Below are positions 14,831 through 24,282 of a stretch of DNA of 29,312 nt, piece after piece. Source of the stretch: a virus (lineage: Duplodnaviria; Heunggongvirae; Uroviricota; Caudoviricetes); the IMG/VR virus record IMGVR_UViG_2778261593_000009, positions 1-29,312 of that record; one strand, 5' to 3'. The position numbers and the translations under genes were made by a program. Position 1 is the stretch's first letter, and each line of letters starts with the position of its first letter. The notes beneath the pieces are model-generated. The model was not told the origin of the DNA. It worked only from the letters and a program-made list of their open reading frames with translations, and made no database searches.

Positions 14831-15727
14831 ATGACGAAGCAGAAAACAGACTGGGTTGTGGTTGCCACATCAGGCCCCACCATCGACGGTCGGGAAATTG
14901 ATCCGAAGTGGCTGACGGATGCCGCCGAGGTTTACAACCCGGACGAGCGAGCCGCCATGCTCTGGCCATATCACGCCGATTCCGGATGGCGTGCCTTCAC
15001 CAATAACTACGGCATTGTTGATGCCCTGAAAGTCGAAAAATTTGGTGAAAAGGTGCAGCTTAAAGCACGCCTGATCCCAAATCGCTTCCTGATTGAAGCC
15101 AATAAGGCCGGGCAGAAACTTTTTACCTCCATTGAAGTGCGGGAAAACTATCTGGGCACGGGCAAATTCTTTGTGTCCGGTATCGCCGTGACGGATACCC
15201 CAGCCAGCATTAACACTACACGCCTGCAGTTTTCCATGGGGGAAGCCATCCATATGGGCAACGCAGAGGCGCTGAATTTTACGCTGCAGCCTGATGATGA
15301 GCAGGCCAAGCGCAACTTCTTCTCCCGCTTCTTCTCATCTGACAATCACCAACAGGGAATTTACCAAGCCATGAACGAAGAACAGTTCAGCCAGTTAATG
15401 GGTGCCATTAATAAAACCAGTGAACGCCTGGACGAGCTGGAAAAAAACGTCGCGCAGTTCAGCGCGAAGGATGCCCCGAAAGATACCGGTGATAACAAGC
15501 CGGAAGGCAGCACCGGCGATCAGGGGCAGGACAACGCAGAACAGAACAACAAGGACGACAAAACCTTCACGCTGACCACCGAGCAGGGCGAAAAGCTGTT
15601 CTCCACAGTGAACGCCATCGCGGAGAAGGTTACCAGTATGGAAACCGCATTTGCTGAACTCAGCAAGGACGCCACGAAGCTGCCGGGCAACAATCCGGCC
15701 GGTGGCGAAACTTTTAACCTGGTGTAA
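14831..15727 (+). CDS. O: Capsid scaffolding protein, P2 gpO-like
   Basis: 298 aa with acidic, low-complexity C-terminal half; first gene of the rightward head operon. Confidence 0.75.
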   Translation: MTKQKTDWVVVATSGPTIDGREIDPKWLTDAAEVYNPDERAAMLWPYHADSGWRAFTNNYGIVDALKVEKFGEKVQLKARLIPNRFLIEANKAGQKLFTSIEVRENYLGTGKFFVSGIAVTDTPASINTTRLQFSMGEAIHMGNAEALNFTLQPDDEQAKRNFFSRFFSSDNHQQGIYQAMNEEQFSQLMGAINKTSERLDELEKNVAQFSAKDAPKDTGDNKPEGSTGDQGQDNAEQNNKDDKTFTLTTEQGEKLFSTVNAIAEKVTSMETAFAELSKDATKLPGNNPAGGETFNLV

Positions 15728-15741
15728 CCGGAGAGAGCGCA

Positions 15742-16755
15742 ATGAATTTCACACCAGAAGCACAAAAGCTGGTTAATCGCTATATCAGCGAACTGCAAAA
15801 AACATTCAGTGACTGCGAACGCTCGAGCGATCGTTACTTTTCACTGACCGAACCGCGCAGCATTGCCCTGCGTAAAGCCCTGCTGGAAAGCACGGAGTTT
15901 CTGAGTTTCATCACCTGCATGGACGTTCCGCACCCGCAGGGGCAGGTCGTCACCGTGGGCGAATCCACACTGCGCACCGGTCGCGTGAAAAGCGGTCGTT
16001 TCGCTAAAGGTTCGGGCATCAAAGGCAACGAATTTAAACTCGTTGAAACTGATTCCTGCTGCGTGATCACCTGGGAACAACTCGCCATCTGGGCGAATGC
16101 CGGCAGCCCGCAGGAATTTTTCAACCTGATGAACTCCGCCGCCGTCACCAACTTTGCGCTGGATATGCTGCGCATTGGCTTTAACGGTAAAACAGCAGCG
16201 GAAAACTCTGACCCGGAAAGTCATCCGAACGGCGAAGACGTCAACATCGGCTGGCATGAAATCGCCAAAAAGTGGGGAGAACAGCCCGGCAATACCTCCC
16301 GTATTCTGACAGACGCCGTTACCCTGGGCGAAGGCGGCGATTATGTCGGTCTTGATGCCATGGCCTCAGACCTGATCCGCACTTACATCCCGGCACAGTA
16401 TCACAACGACCCACGACTTACCGTACTGGTCGGCGCAGACCTTGTGGCTGCTGAAGAACTACGCCTCTACAACAAAGAGGATAAGCCTACCGAAAAAGTG
16501 GCCGCACAGTTGCTGACAAAGAACATTGCAGGCCGCAAGGCTATCATTCCGCCGTTTATGCCGGGCAAACGTATGGTGGTGACCATGCTGCCAAACCTGC
16601 AGATCCTGACGCTGAAAGGCTCCCGCCGCCGCAAGGCAGAAGATGTGGGCGATCGCAAACAGTTCGAAAACTCATACTGGCGTTATGAGGGGTACGCCCT
16701 GGGCGATCCGGATTTATATGCTGCCGTGGATGAGTCTGCGGTCACCATCTCCTGA
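15742..16755 (+). CDS. N: Major capsid protein, P2 gpN-like
   Basis: Segments FNGKTAAENSD and GEGGDYVGLDA parallel recalled P2 N; synteny. Confidence 0.8.
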   Translation: MNFTPEAQKLVNRYISELQKTFSDCERSSDRYFSLTEPRSIALRKALLESTEFLSFITCMDVPHPQGQVVTVGESTLRTGRVKSGRFAKGSGIKGNEFKLVETDSCCVITWEQLAIWANAGSPQEFFNLMNSAAVTNFALDMLRIGFNGKTAAENSDPESHPNGEDVNIGWHEIAKKWGEQPGNTSRILTDAVTLGEGGDYVGLDAMASDLIRTYIPAQYHNDPRLTVLVGADLVAAEELRLYNKEDKPTEKVAAQLLTKNIAGRKAIIPPFMPGKRMVVTMLPNLQILTLKGSRRRKAEDVGDRKQFENSYWRYEGYALGDPDLYAAVDESAVTIS

Positions 16756-16772
16756 TAAACGGAGCGCACGGT

Positions 16773-17483
16773 ATGCCAACGCCAATGCAGCGACAACGTG
16801 CCCGACAGATGGATGAGCGCCGTGCGGCGCTCATGACCAGAACAGACGGGCGCGCCGTCAGCACAGAGAGTCAGCACATTAAGCTGCTGGCACTGGATAA
16901 CGATGTCAGACAACTGCACAACATGGAGCTGCTGTCTGACAAGCTGGAATTCAAGCGGAACACGCTGCTGCCCCGCTGGCTGCCACACGCACAGGCTTAT
17001 CTGGAGGGGGAACGCGTCTATCAGAATCCCATTCTGGTGTACTGCATCATCTGGCTGTTCGATACCGGGCAGTTTGAGATGGCGCTGCGGTGGGCTGACA
17101 TTGCCATTGAGCAGGGGCAAAAGACGCCGGAGAACTTCAAAAGCGAGCTGCCAACGTTTGTGGCCCATTTCATTCTTGAATGGGCAGAAGCCGAAGCTGA
17201 ACGCGGGAACAGTATCGCGCCATATTTTCAGCAGGTGTTTGAAAAAATCCGCGACAAATGGCGCGTGAATGAACGCCTTGCTGCCCGCTACTGGCGCTTT
17301 GCAGGCATCCTGCTGCTGCGCGGCGATGACGGCAAGCCACAGGCCAGCGCAATTAACGATCCGGAGAGACTGCAACAGGCCGACCAGTGCCTGGAACGGG
17401 CTGCCTGGCTGCATCCCAAAATTCAGGTGAAAACCCTGCGCCAGCGCATTGCCGCAAGACTGCGCGCGTTGCAGGGCACGTAA
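16773..17483 (+). CDS. M: Terminase small/endonuclease subunit, P2 gpM-like
   Basis: 236 aa; synteny after N; GGAG SD. Confidence 0.7.
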   Translation: MPTPMQRQRARQMDERRAALMTRTDGRAVSTESQHIKLLALDNDVRQLHNMELLSDKLEFKRNTLLPRWLPHAQAYLEGERVYQNPILVYCIIWLFDTGQFEMALRWADIAIEQGQKTPENFKSELPTFVAHFILEWAEAEAERGNSIAPYFQQVFEKIRDKWRVNERLAARYWRFAGILLLRGDDGKPQASAINDPERLQQADQCLERAAWLHPKIQVKTLRQRIAARLRALQGT

Positions 17484-17581
17484 ACGACTCCCAACAACCG
17501 GGCGGGCGCGGTGGAGGTGTGCCGGTAAAAGCCATCAGCACACTGCGGAAACCGGTCAGCCCGCCTTTCCCCGGAGTGAGC

Positions 17582-18076
17582 ATGTTTGACGGGAAAAGCA
17601 TTCACTATCAGCAGGCCATTATTCAGAACGATGGATTCTGGCCGGATATTGATGCCGGCGATTTTGAAAAGAGCCGCAGCATCCCCGCCGTCACGTCACA
17701 CGAAACGGTGCTGACGGCGCTGCTTTGCGCGGTAACAGAAATTAACACTGAACTGGCTGCACGCCGTGAATACTGGCAGGAACAGGGCCACACCCGGGCC
17801 GCCGATATTCCGGGTTACACCGTGTTGCAACCAGAACCGCGCAATACGGATGCACAACCTGAACGGATGCAGAACCACATTACAGCACTGTACACCAAGG
17901 CTGTGTATGCCCGCGCAAAGGCCGATCTTTTGCCGGAATCTGCCAGCGTGGGGCGACGCGAGGCGCAGCCCTCATCAGAAGCCAGCGAGAGCCGCCGGAC
18001 GTTGCTGGCTGAAGCGGCAATGGCGGTGCGAGCGCTGCTGGGCCGACCGCGTGCATCCATCGCGCTGATTGATTAA
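17582..18076 (+). CDS. L: Head completion protein, P2 gpL-like
   Basis: Start at MFDGKSIHYQ preceded by GGAG; 164 aa; synteny. Confidence 0.6.
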   Translation: MFDGKSIHYQQAIIQNDGFWPDIDAGDFEKSRSIPAVTSHETVLTALLCAVTEINTELAARREYWQEQGHTRAADIPGYTVLQPEPRNTDAQPERMQNHITALYTKAVYARAKADLLPESASVGRREAQPSSEASESRRTLLAEAAMAVRALLGRPRASIALID

Positions 18077-18085
18077 GGAAATGGT

Positions 18086-18559
18086 ATGACGCAACTCGCC
18101 AGCCTGACGGCATTCATTGAAAACAATCTGCCGGCACGCGCACACATTCCGTTCACCAGTGACATGGACGACATCACGCTCGTTCCGTTTACGAAGTCGC
18201 TGGGGCACGGGCAGTTATGTACGCAGGTCCGAAAATATACGGCTTTTCTGCGATGGGACGCATGGCCCTATCGTCAGCTCAATCCGGATTTGGTGTTTTC
18301 TCTGGTTGAAGCCTGGCTGGCAGACAACGGCGGCGACCTGCGCCAGCGCCTGGCACCGGATGCGCCAGCCGTTGACGTCGAAGTGGATGATGAAAATGAA
18401 GTTGCATGGCTGGAAATCAGTCTGCCGCTGGTTGATCCCATCACCCTGGTTGAGGACGAAAACGGCCCCATCCCCAGAGGCGGGAAACGTTATCAGCTGG
18501 AAAAGCCTGAAATCTGGGTGGCTCAGGCGCATCAGCTTCACTGTCAGGTGATGCCATGA
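18086..18559 (+). CDS. Tail completion protein, gpR-like
   Basis: 157 aa; synteny; AAGGAAA SD. Confidence 0.45.
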   Translation: MTQLASLTAFIENNLPARAHIPFTSDMDDITLVPFTKSLGHGQLCTQVRKYTAFLRWDAWPYRQLNPDLVFSLVEAWLADNGGDLRQRLAPDAPAVDVEVDDENEVAWLEISLPLVDPITLVEDENGPIPRGGKRYQLEKPEIWVAQAHQLHCQVMP

Positions 18560-19269
18560 CGCGCCCCGTGATTAACGAGTCACAACTCCGGCAGGTTCGC
18601 CGCGCCATCAGAGAGGCAGAGCTTCCGCCGGCAAAGGCCAGAAAGCTGCTGGTTCGCATTGCGAAATACGGCCTGATACCGGCTGCACGACGCAATGTGA
18701 AAGCACAGCGAACACCGGAGGGGGTAGCCTGGGCACCACGAAAAAGACCGGATAAAGCCAGCGGCAGGTATAAAAACAAAATGCTGCTGGGGCTGCCGAA
18801 GCTGCTGGCCATCAGGGTTGACGGCAGCGGGAAAAGTGTCCGCCTTTTCTTCAAAAAAGGGGATTACAACACCGGCTCTCATGGTGGGGCGGTCGCGTGG
18901 GTGCAACAGCACGGCGCAACCATCAAAAGCCGCGCCACAAAACGCCGGGACAGCGAAGCCATGCGCACCCGTCCCGCCACACGACGGCAGGCAGAACGCC
19001 TTCTTTCTCTGGGCTTTCGCGCCCCCGTCGGCGCAGTCAGCAAAAAAACCGGACGCAGAGGACGCAGAAAGCCTTCTCTGAAATGGATTATGGAAAACAT
19101 GAGTATGGCGCAGGCCGGACTGGTGATCAGCATTCTGAAAGGCGAGCAGAAAAAACGTGTATGGGAAATCAAAATCCCCTCCCGCGCATTTCTGGGAGCC
19201 AGCGATGCTGAATTTGCCCGCATTCTGGAAGCGCAGCTGCGCAGCCTGCATTACGGCGGCACGAGATAA
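18556..19269 (+). CDS. Virion morphogenesis / tail completion protein, gpS-like
   Basis: ATGA overlap with the upstream gene; basic C-terminal region; synteny. Confidence 0.45.
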   Translation: MTRPVINESQLRQVRRAIREAELPPAKARKLLVRIAKYGLIPAARRNVKAQRTPEGVAWAPRKRPDKASGRYKNKMLLGLPKLLAIRVDGSGKSVRLFFKKGDYNTGSHGGAVAWVQQHGATIKSRATKRRDSEAMRTRPATRRQAERLLSLGFRAPVGAVSKKTGRRGRRKPSLKWIMENMSMAQAGLVISILKGEQKKRVWEIKIPSRAFLGASDAEFARILEAQLRSLHYGGTR

Positions 19270-19288
19270 CAAAATCAGGAGACAAATT

Positions 19289-20437
19289 ATGACCTGGCCA
19301 TCTGTCACAATTGAACAGTACAACACGTTCAGTAGCTCGCCGGACGGCGTGGAAAATACGCTGCTGTTTGTGGGCAATGCACAAAACAACAAAGGTAAGG
19401 TTCTGCCGGTTAATGCCAACAGCGATCTGGATGAACTGCTGGGAACAAACGCCAGCCCGCTGAAGAACTTCCTTCGGTCTGCGCTGACCAATGCCGGACA
19501 GAATGCCTTTTTCTATGTTGCCGTTCTGCCGGAAGCCGGCAAAGGCAAAGAAGCGACGCCAGCCTGCCAGGTATGGCAGAACGCCATACTGGCGGCTCAG
19601 GAAACTGTTTCAGTTGAAGGCGTGGTGATCACCGAACCGGTCAGCACGAAGGATGACATCAACGCCATACAGGCGTTACGTCAGACCATCATCAATAAAT
19701 ATCAGCGCCGCATCTGGTTCATTCTGACCATTGCCGCCAATAACGGCAGCAAAACCTGGGCAGATTACGTTGCTGAACTGACCACGCTACAGGAAGGCAT
19801 CGCCGCCCCGCAAATCATGCTGGTTCCGGAAATTTTTGGATTTGAACCGGGCGTTCTTGCCGGCCGTCTGTGTAACAGCGCCGTCACCATTGCTGATAGT
19901 CCGGCGCGTGTGGCAACCGGAGCGCTGTCCGCACTGAAGACCACGGAACGCCCGAAAGACAGCGCAGGGCAGGCAATTGATCTCGACACTCTGCAGGCAC
20001 TGGCAACCGCCCGCTACAGCGTGCCCATGTGGTATGCCGACTATGACGGCCTTTACTGGGCTGACGGTGTAACACTTGAGGTGGAAGGCGGGGACTACAA
20101 CGTCATTGAGCATGTCCGCATTGCTGATAAGGTGGCGCGCCGCGTGCGGCTGATGGCCATCCCCAAGATTGCCGACCGCTCGCTGAACAGCACGCCGGGC
20201 AGCATTGCCGCACATGAAACGCTGTTTGCCCGCCCACTGCGTGCCATGGCGAAATCCATGCAAATTAACGGCATCACGTTTCCGGGCGAAGTGAAATCGC
20301 CCCGGAAAGGCGACGTAGTTATCACCTGGCAGGACGAAAAGACGGTCAGCATCAGCATTGTCGTCCGCCCTTACGCCTGCCCTAAAACCATCAAAGTGGG
20401 CATTCAGCTGGATAAATCTCTGGAGGAAAACGCATGA
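19289..20437 (+). CDS. Tail sheath-like structural protein
   Basis: 382 aa from MTWPSVTIEQ (AGGAG SD); followed by an overlapping about 150-aa gene, as in sheath/tube pairs. Confidence 0.45.
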   Translation: MTWPSVTIEQYNTFSSSPDGVENTLLFVGNAQNNKGKVLPVNANSDLDELLGTNASPLKNFLRSALTNAGQNAFFYVAVLPEAGKGKEATPACQVWQNAILAAQETVSVEGVVITEPVSTKDDINAIQALRQTIINKYQRRIWFILTIAANNGSKTWADYVAELTTLQEGIAAPQIMLVPEIFGFEPGVLAGRLCNSAVTIADSPARVATGALSALKTTERPKDSAGQAIDLDTLQALATARYSVPMWYADYDGLYWADGVTLEVEGGDYNVIEHVRIADKVARRVRLMAIPKIADRSLNSTPGSIAAHETLFARPLRAMAKSMQINGITFPGEVKSPRKGDVVITWQDEKTVSISIVVRPYACPKTIKVGIQLDKSLEENA

Positions 20438-20889
20438 CGACCCGCATTAACGGCATGGCGTTTGACACTTTTATCGGTGGAACGGATATCCATGTGAAAA
20501 GCATCTCACTGGACATCAGCGATGAAAGCGCCGTTGCCAAAACCCGTGGCATCCCTGACGGCAAACTGCGCGGCCCTGTCAGTGCCGAAGGTGAAATCGA
20601 AATGAGTACCCGCAGCTTTAACCAGCTCGGGGAAGTGGCTGCTCAGGCGGGATCGTGGCGTGACCTGCCGCCAATGGATTTTGTGTTTTACGCCAATACG
20701 GGAACCGAAGAAATCCGCGTTGAAGCCTTCGGTTGTGAGCTGATGCTTTCCGGCCTGTTAAGCATTGACACCGAGAGCGCAGATCTGACCACGCACAAAA
20801 TCAAGTACGTGGTGGCAAGCCCTGACTTTGTGCGTATCAACGGCGTGCCCGTTCTCTCAGAGAACGACGTGCGCGGACTGATGGGGTGA
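20434..20889 (+). CDS. Tail tube-like structural protein
   Basis: 151 aa; ATGA overlap with the upstream gene. Confidence 0.4.
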   Translation: MTTRINGMAFDTFIGGTDIHVKSISLDISDESAVAKTRGIPDGKLRGPVSAEGEIEMSTRSFNQLGEVAAQAGSWRDLPPMDFVFYANTGTEEIRVEAFGCELMLSGLLSIDTESADLTTHKIKYVVASPDFVRINGVPVLSENDVRGLMG

Positions 20890-20892
20890 ATC

Positions 20893-21189
20893 ATGCAGGA
20901 GCATGAGCGCACCATTATCACTCTGGGCATTCTGGGCGGAATCGCTGCCGCAAGTCGGGTGCTGGCTGGCGCAGAGCCGATTACGTTGCGGTTGTTTGTG
21001 GGCCGAACCCTGCTGGGGAGCGCGCTGGGTGTTTCTGCCGCTGCCCTGCTGGTTCGCTACCCGAACCTTGACCCACTGGCCATTGCCGGCGCAGGCACCG
21101 CAATGGGCGTTGCCGGTTACCAGATTGTTGAAATCTTCCTGCGTCATATGCGCCGGAAGCTGGGCGAGAAAGAGAACAAAGAGGAGTAA
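20893..21189 (+). CDS. Holin
   Basis: 98 aa with three hydrophobic segments and a highly charged C-terminus (RRKLGEKENKEE); lies upstream of the endolysin. Confidence 0.55.
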   Translation: MQEHERTIITLGILGGIAAASRVLAGAEPITLRLFVGRTLLGSALGVSAAALLVRYPNLDPLAIAGAGTAMGVAGYQIVEIFLRHMRRKLGEKENKEE

Positions 21190-21298
21190 CAGCAATGCTG
21201 TCCCGCAGGGAACAAAAAGCTGCCGCCATTGCCTGGAAAATTATCCGGGCACTGTGGCACTGGCTGCACAAACCTCAACAACCCCGTAAGGAGCAAAA

Positions 21299-21640
21299 AT
21301 GAAACTCTCTGATAAACAACAAAAATTTACCGTCATGATCGGAAAACTCATCCAGTTTGCCCATCAGCGCGGTTATGGCCTGACGTTCGGTGAAGCGTAC
21401 CGCACGCCAGAACAGGCAAAACTCAACGCACAAAAGGGATCAGGCATTGCCAACAGCCTGCACTGTCAGCGGCTGGCCGTGGATTTTAACCTGTTTATTA
21501 ACGGTGAATATCAGACCCGCACAGAGGCCTACCGCGAGCTGGGCGAGTACTGGGAATCCCTTGGTGGCGCATGGGGCGGTCGTTTTAAAAACCGCCCGGA
21601 TGGCAATCATTTCAGCCTTGAGCACGACGGCGTGCGCTGA
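21299..21640 (+). CDS. Endolysin, small zinc peptidase of the M15 type
   Basis: Motifs SLHCQRLAVDFNL and GNHFSLEH consistent with the H-x6-D ... H zinc-binding pattern. Confidence 0.6.
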   Translation: MKLSDKQQKFTVMIGKLIQFAHQRGYGLTFGEAYRTPEQAKLNAQKGSGIANSLHCQRLAVDFNLFINGEYQTRTEAYRELGEYWESLGGAWGGRFKNRPDGNHFSLEHDGVR

Positions 21641-21704
21641 TTTTACGCTTAATAAGCCTTCCTGCAGGCTTATTAAGCCCTCTTATTCTTGACTTTAAAA
21701 GGAA

Positions 21705-21998
21705 ATGATGATGAACGATAAAAACACCCAGACTACCGCAGAGAACACCATCACTTTGCAGGTCGGCGAGCATGAACTGACGTTTATCCCGACCGTTAAA
21801 GCCTACAACGATCTGCAGAACGACTTCATGCCGGATAACAAAATCGCGCCGCTGAAAAACTACCTGCGCCGCATCGTGATTAAAGAGCACCGCGATCTGC
21901 TGAACCAGTTGCTGGAAAAACCAGGAATGCCGGCCAGCCTGGCAACAGCCGTGAATAACGAGTTTGTGCCGGAAGTGGAAATCACCGTAAAAAAATAA
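21705..21998 (+). CDS. Tail assembly chaperone (gpE/lambda G-like), short form
   Basis: 97-aa gene directly upstream of the tape measure gene; ends at a slippery A-run. Confidence 0.6.
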   Translation: MMMNDKNTQTTAENTITLQVGEHELTFIPTVKAYNDLQNDFMPDNKIAPLKNYLRRIVIKEHRDLLNQLLEKPGMPASLATAVNNEFVPEVEITVKK

Positions 21999-22186
21999 AA
22001 AGCCATCTGGGGGCCATTGATCGCAATGACCTTACCCGGATGCTGATCCTGCGCCGCCACTGGCTGCCCGGCGAGGATGACTCGCCGCAGTCACTGGCTG
22101 CCGCCGTCTGGCTGGATAACCACTACTGGGAAAATATGAGCATCGCCGTCAATAACGGCATTATCCGTGCTTTTAAGGGATCGTAA
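21705..22186 (+). CDS. Tail assembly chaperone long form, made by a programmed -1 frameshift (gpE+E'/G-T-like)
   Basis: Heptamer A_AAA_AAA at 21989-21995; the -1 frame is open from there to a TAA overlapping the tape measure ATG at 22186 (extension KKIKSHLGAIDR...AFKGS). Confidence 0.55.
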
Positions 22187-24282
22187 TGTCACAACAGCGC
22201 CTTGAATTACTTCTTGAACTGACAGACCGCCTGACAAGGCCGTTGCGTGCAGCCGGGCGACAGGTTCAGGGATTTGCTGCAACAAGTCGGGGAGCCTTTC
22301 GGGACATTGCTACCGGAGGCGCTGCGCTCTGGGGAGTGGGTGCAGCCATTCAGGGGGCACTGATGCCAGCCATTGAAATGGACAGGGCGCTCGGTGAGGT
22401 GAAATCACTGGGCGTCGCAGAGTCCGGATTGCGTAAACTCAGCCGCGCCGCCGTTGATTTCACTATGGAATACGGCGGGGCTGCGCAGGATTTTGTGCGT
22501 GCTTCTTACGACATCCAGTCAGCCATTGCCGGGTTAACTGACGATGAGCTGTCCCGCTTCACCACCGCATCAGCAACGGTGGCAGCAGCAACCAAATCCA
22601 GCAGCCAGACCATTACCGCCTACATGGGCACCATGTACGGCATCTTTAAAGACCAGGCTGATGCCATGGGAAAAAGCAAATGGGTGGAGCAGGTCGCCGG
22701 GCAAACCGCCACCGCCGTGCAAATGTTTAAAACAACCGGCGATAACATGTCAGCAGCGTTCACCACGCTGGGTGCCAGTGCAAAAGCGGCCGGTATTGAT
22801 GCGGCTGAACAGTTCGCCGTGCTGGGACAACTACAGGCCACAATGAGTGGCAGCGAGGCCGGGACAAAATACAAGGCATTTCTTGCCGCAGTAGGCAGCG
22901 CCCAGAAAAAGCTGGGGCTTAATTTCGTGAATAAAGACGGCACGATGAAAAGTGTTGTCGAGATCATGAAACTTATCAGGGGTAAATTTGGTGATCTGTC
23001 AAAAGTGGCTGATTCCGATTTGCTGAAAAGCGCCTTTGGCTCCGATGAAGCTGTGGCCATGATTAAATTACTCAATGCGGACATTGGCGGACTTGAAAAG
23101 AATATCGCCACGCTGGGCAATATCAAAGGTATGGATAAGGCTGTCGAAATGGCGCAGGCCATGGCTGATCCATGGGAACAGGCCGCCGCAATTATTAACG
23201 GCATTCGCATCGAAATCGGCACGCAGTTGCTGCCTGTTCTGTACCCGTTTATCCAGAAAAGCAACGAAGGCGGTAAATCCTTTGTTGCCTGGTTACGTCT
23301 GTATCCCAATATCACACGGGCTATTGGTTTACTGTCTGCCGCCCTGCTGGGCATTGCCGCAGTGGGTGCCGTTGTCAACATTATGGTGGGTGTGGCGAAG
23401 TTTGTCTGGACAGGACTGCGGCTGGTCTGGCTGGCAGCAGTTGCACCCCTGAAGATTCTCATTCTGCTGAAACGCACACTGACGGCTACCATGTGGGCGT
23501 TCACTGTAGTTGCCCGAACGGTCAGGGCGCTGTATCTGGCCATGTCCATTGCTATGGGAACATACAACGTCAAAGCAAAAATTCAGCTGGCGCTGCTGAA
23601 ATTACAGCGCGCCGGACTCTGGCTTTATTCTGTTGCGCTGGGTGCCGCCGGCATAGCAATGAAAATCTACACCGCAGTCACCAGCGGAGCTGCAATTGCA
23701 ACACAGTTACTTTTCAGCCCCATCACATTAATCATCCTGGCACTGGCTGCGCTGGGCGTGGGCATTTATTTCCTGATCACCCGCTGGGATGAGATTAAAG
23801 CCGCGCTGATGGATACCGCCGCCTTTCAGTGGGTGGCTGAAATGGTCGGCAGTATGGGGGCATGGTTCGGCAATGCATGGAACACAATCCAGGACGGCTG
23901 GAATGCACTGGTTAACTATTTTTCCACGCATTCACCTCTGGACGCCCTGAAGGATATCGCCGGCGGCATCCTGAACATTTTCAGTAACCTCTGGGAACTG
24001 GTGAAACAGTCCTTCAGTGATTCATGGGGCTGGATTGTAGGCAAGCTCAACATGATCCCCGGCGTCAATATCGACACACCGGAAAGCACAGGAAGTGGCG
24101 AAGGCTCCGTATTAACCGGCGGCAAAGCCATCAGTGCGGGACCGGGCGGCATTGCGGCAGAGATGCAGAACAACAGCGAAAACCAGACCACCATCGACAA
24201 CTCCCGTCGTGTGGTTAACGTCAATGTGCAGGATCCATCCCCTGCCCGTCTTAACGAGTGGATGGAGCTGCATGCATACTGA
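22186..24282 (+). CDS. Tail tape measure protein
   Basis: 698 aa; helical N-terminal part and a long hydrophobic, Ala/Gly/Leu-rich central region typical of tape measure proteins. Confidence 0.8.
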   Translation: MSQQRLELLLELTDRLTRPLRAAGRQVQGFAATSRGAFRDIATGGAALWGVGAAIQGALMPAIEMDRALGEVKSLGVAESGLRKLSRAAVDFTMEYGGAAQDFVRASYDIQSAIAGLTDDELSRFTTASATVAAATKSSSQTITAYMGTMYGIFKDQADAMGKSKWVEQVAGQTATAVQMFKTTGDNMSAAFTTLGASAKAAGIDAAEQFAVLGQLQATMSGSEAGTKYKAFLAAVGSAQKKLGLNFVNKDGTMKSVVEIMKLIRGKFGDLSKVADSDLLKSAFGSDEAVAMIKLLNADIGGLEKNIATLGNIKGMDKAVEMAQAMADPWEQAAAIINGIRIEIGTQLLPVLYPFIQKSNEGGKSFVAWLRLYPNITRAIGLLSAALLGIAAVGAVVNIMVGVAKFVWTGLRLVWLAAVAPLKILILLKRTLTATMWAFTVVARTVRALYLAMSIAMGTYNVKAKIQLALLKLQRAGLWLYSVALGAAGIAMKIYTAVTSGAAIATQLLFSPITLIILALAALGVGIYFLITRWDEIKAALMDTAAFQWVAEMVGSMGAWFGNAWNTIQDGWNALVNYFSTHSPLDALKDIAGGILNIFSNLWELVKQSFSDSWGWIVGKLNMIPGVNIDTPESTGSGEGSVLTGGKAISAGPGGIAAEMQNNSENQTTIDNSRRVVNVNVQDPSPARLNEWMELHAY

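Noticed and set aside
16683-17414. 243-aa minus-strand ORF
   Set aside because: Antisense to the M-like gene within the co-directional head operon.
18580-19491. 303-aa minus-strand ORF
   Set aside because: Antisense to the S-like and sheath-like genes; no start context.
22620-23573. 317-aa minus-strand ORF inside the tape measure gene
   Set aside because: Antisense to a well-supported 698-aa gene; composition mirrors the Ala/Gly-rich sense strand.
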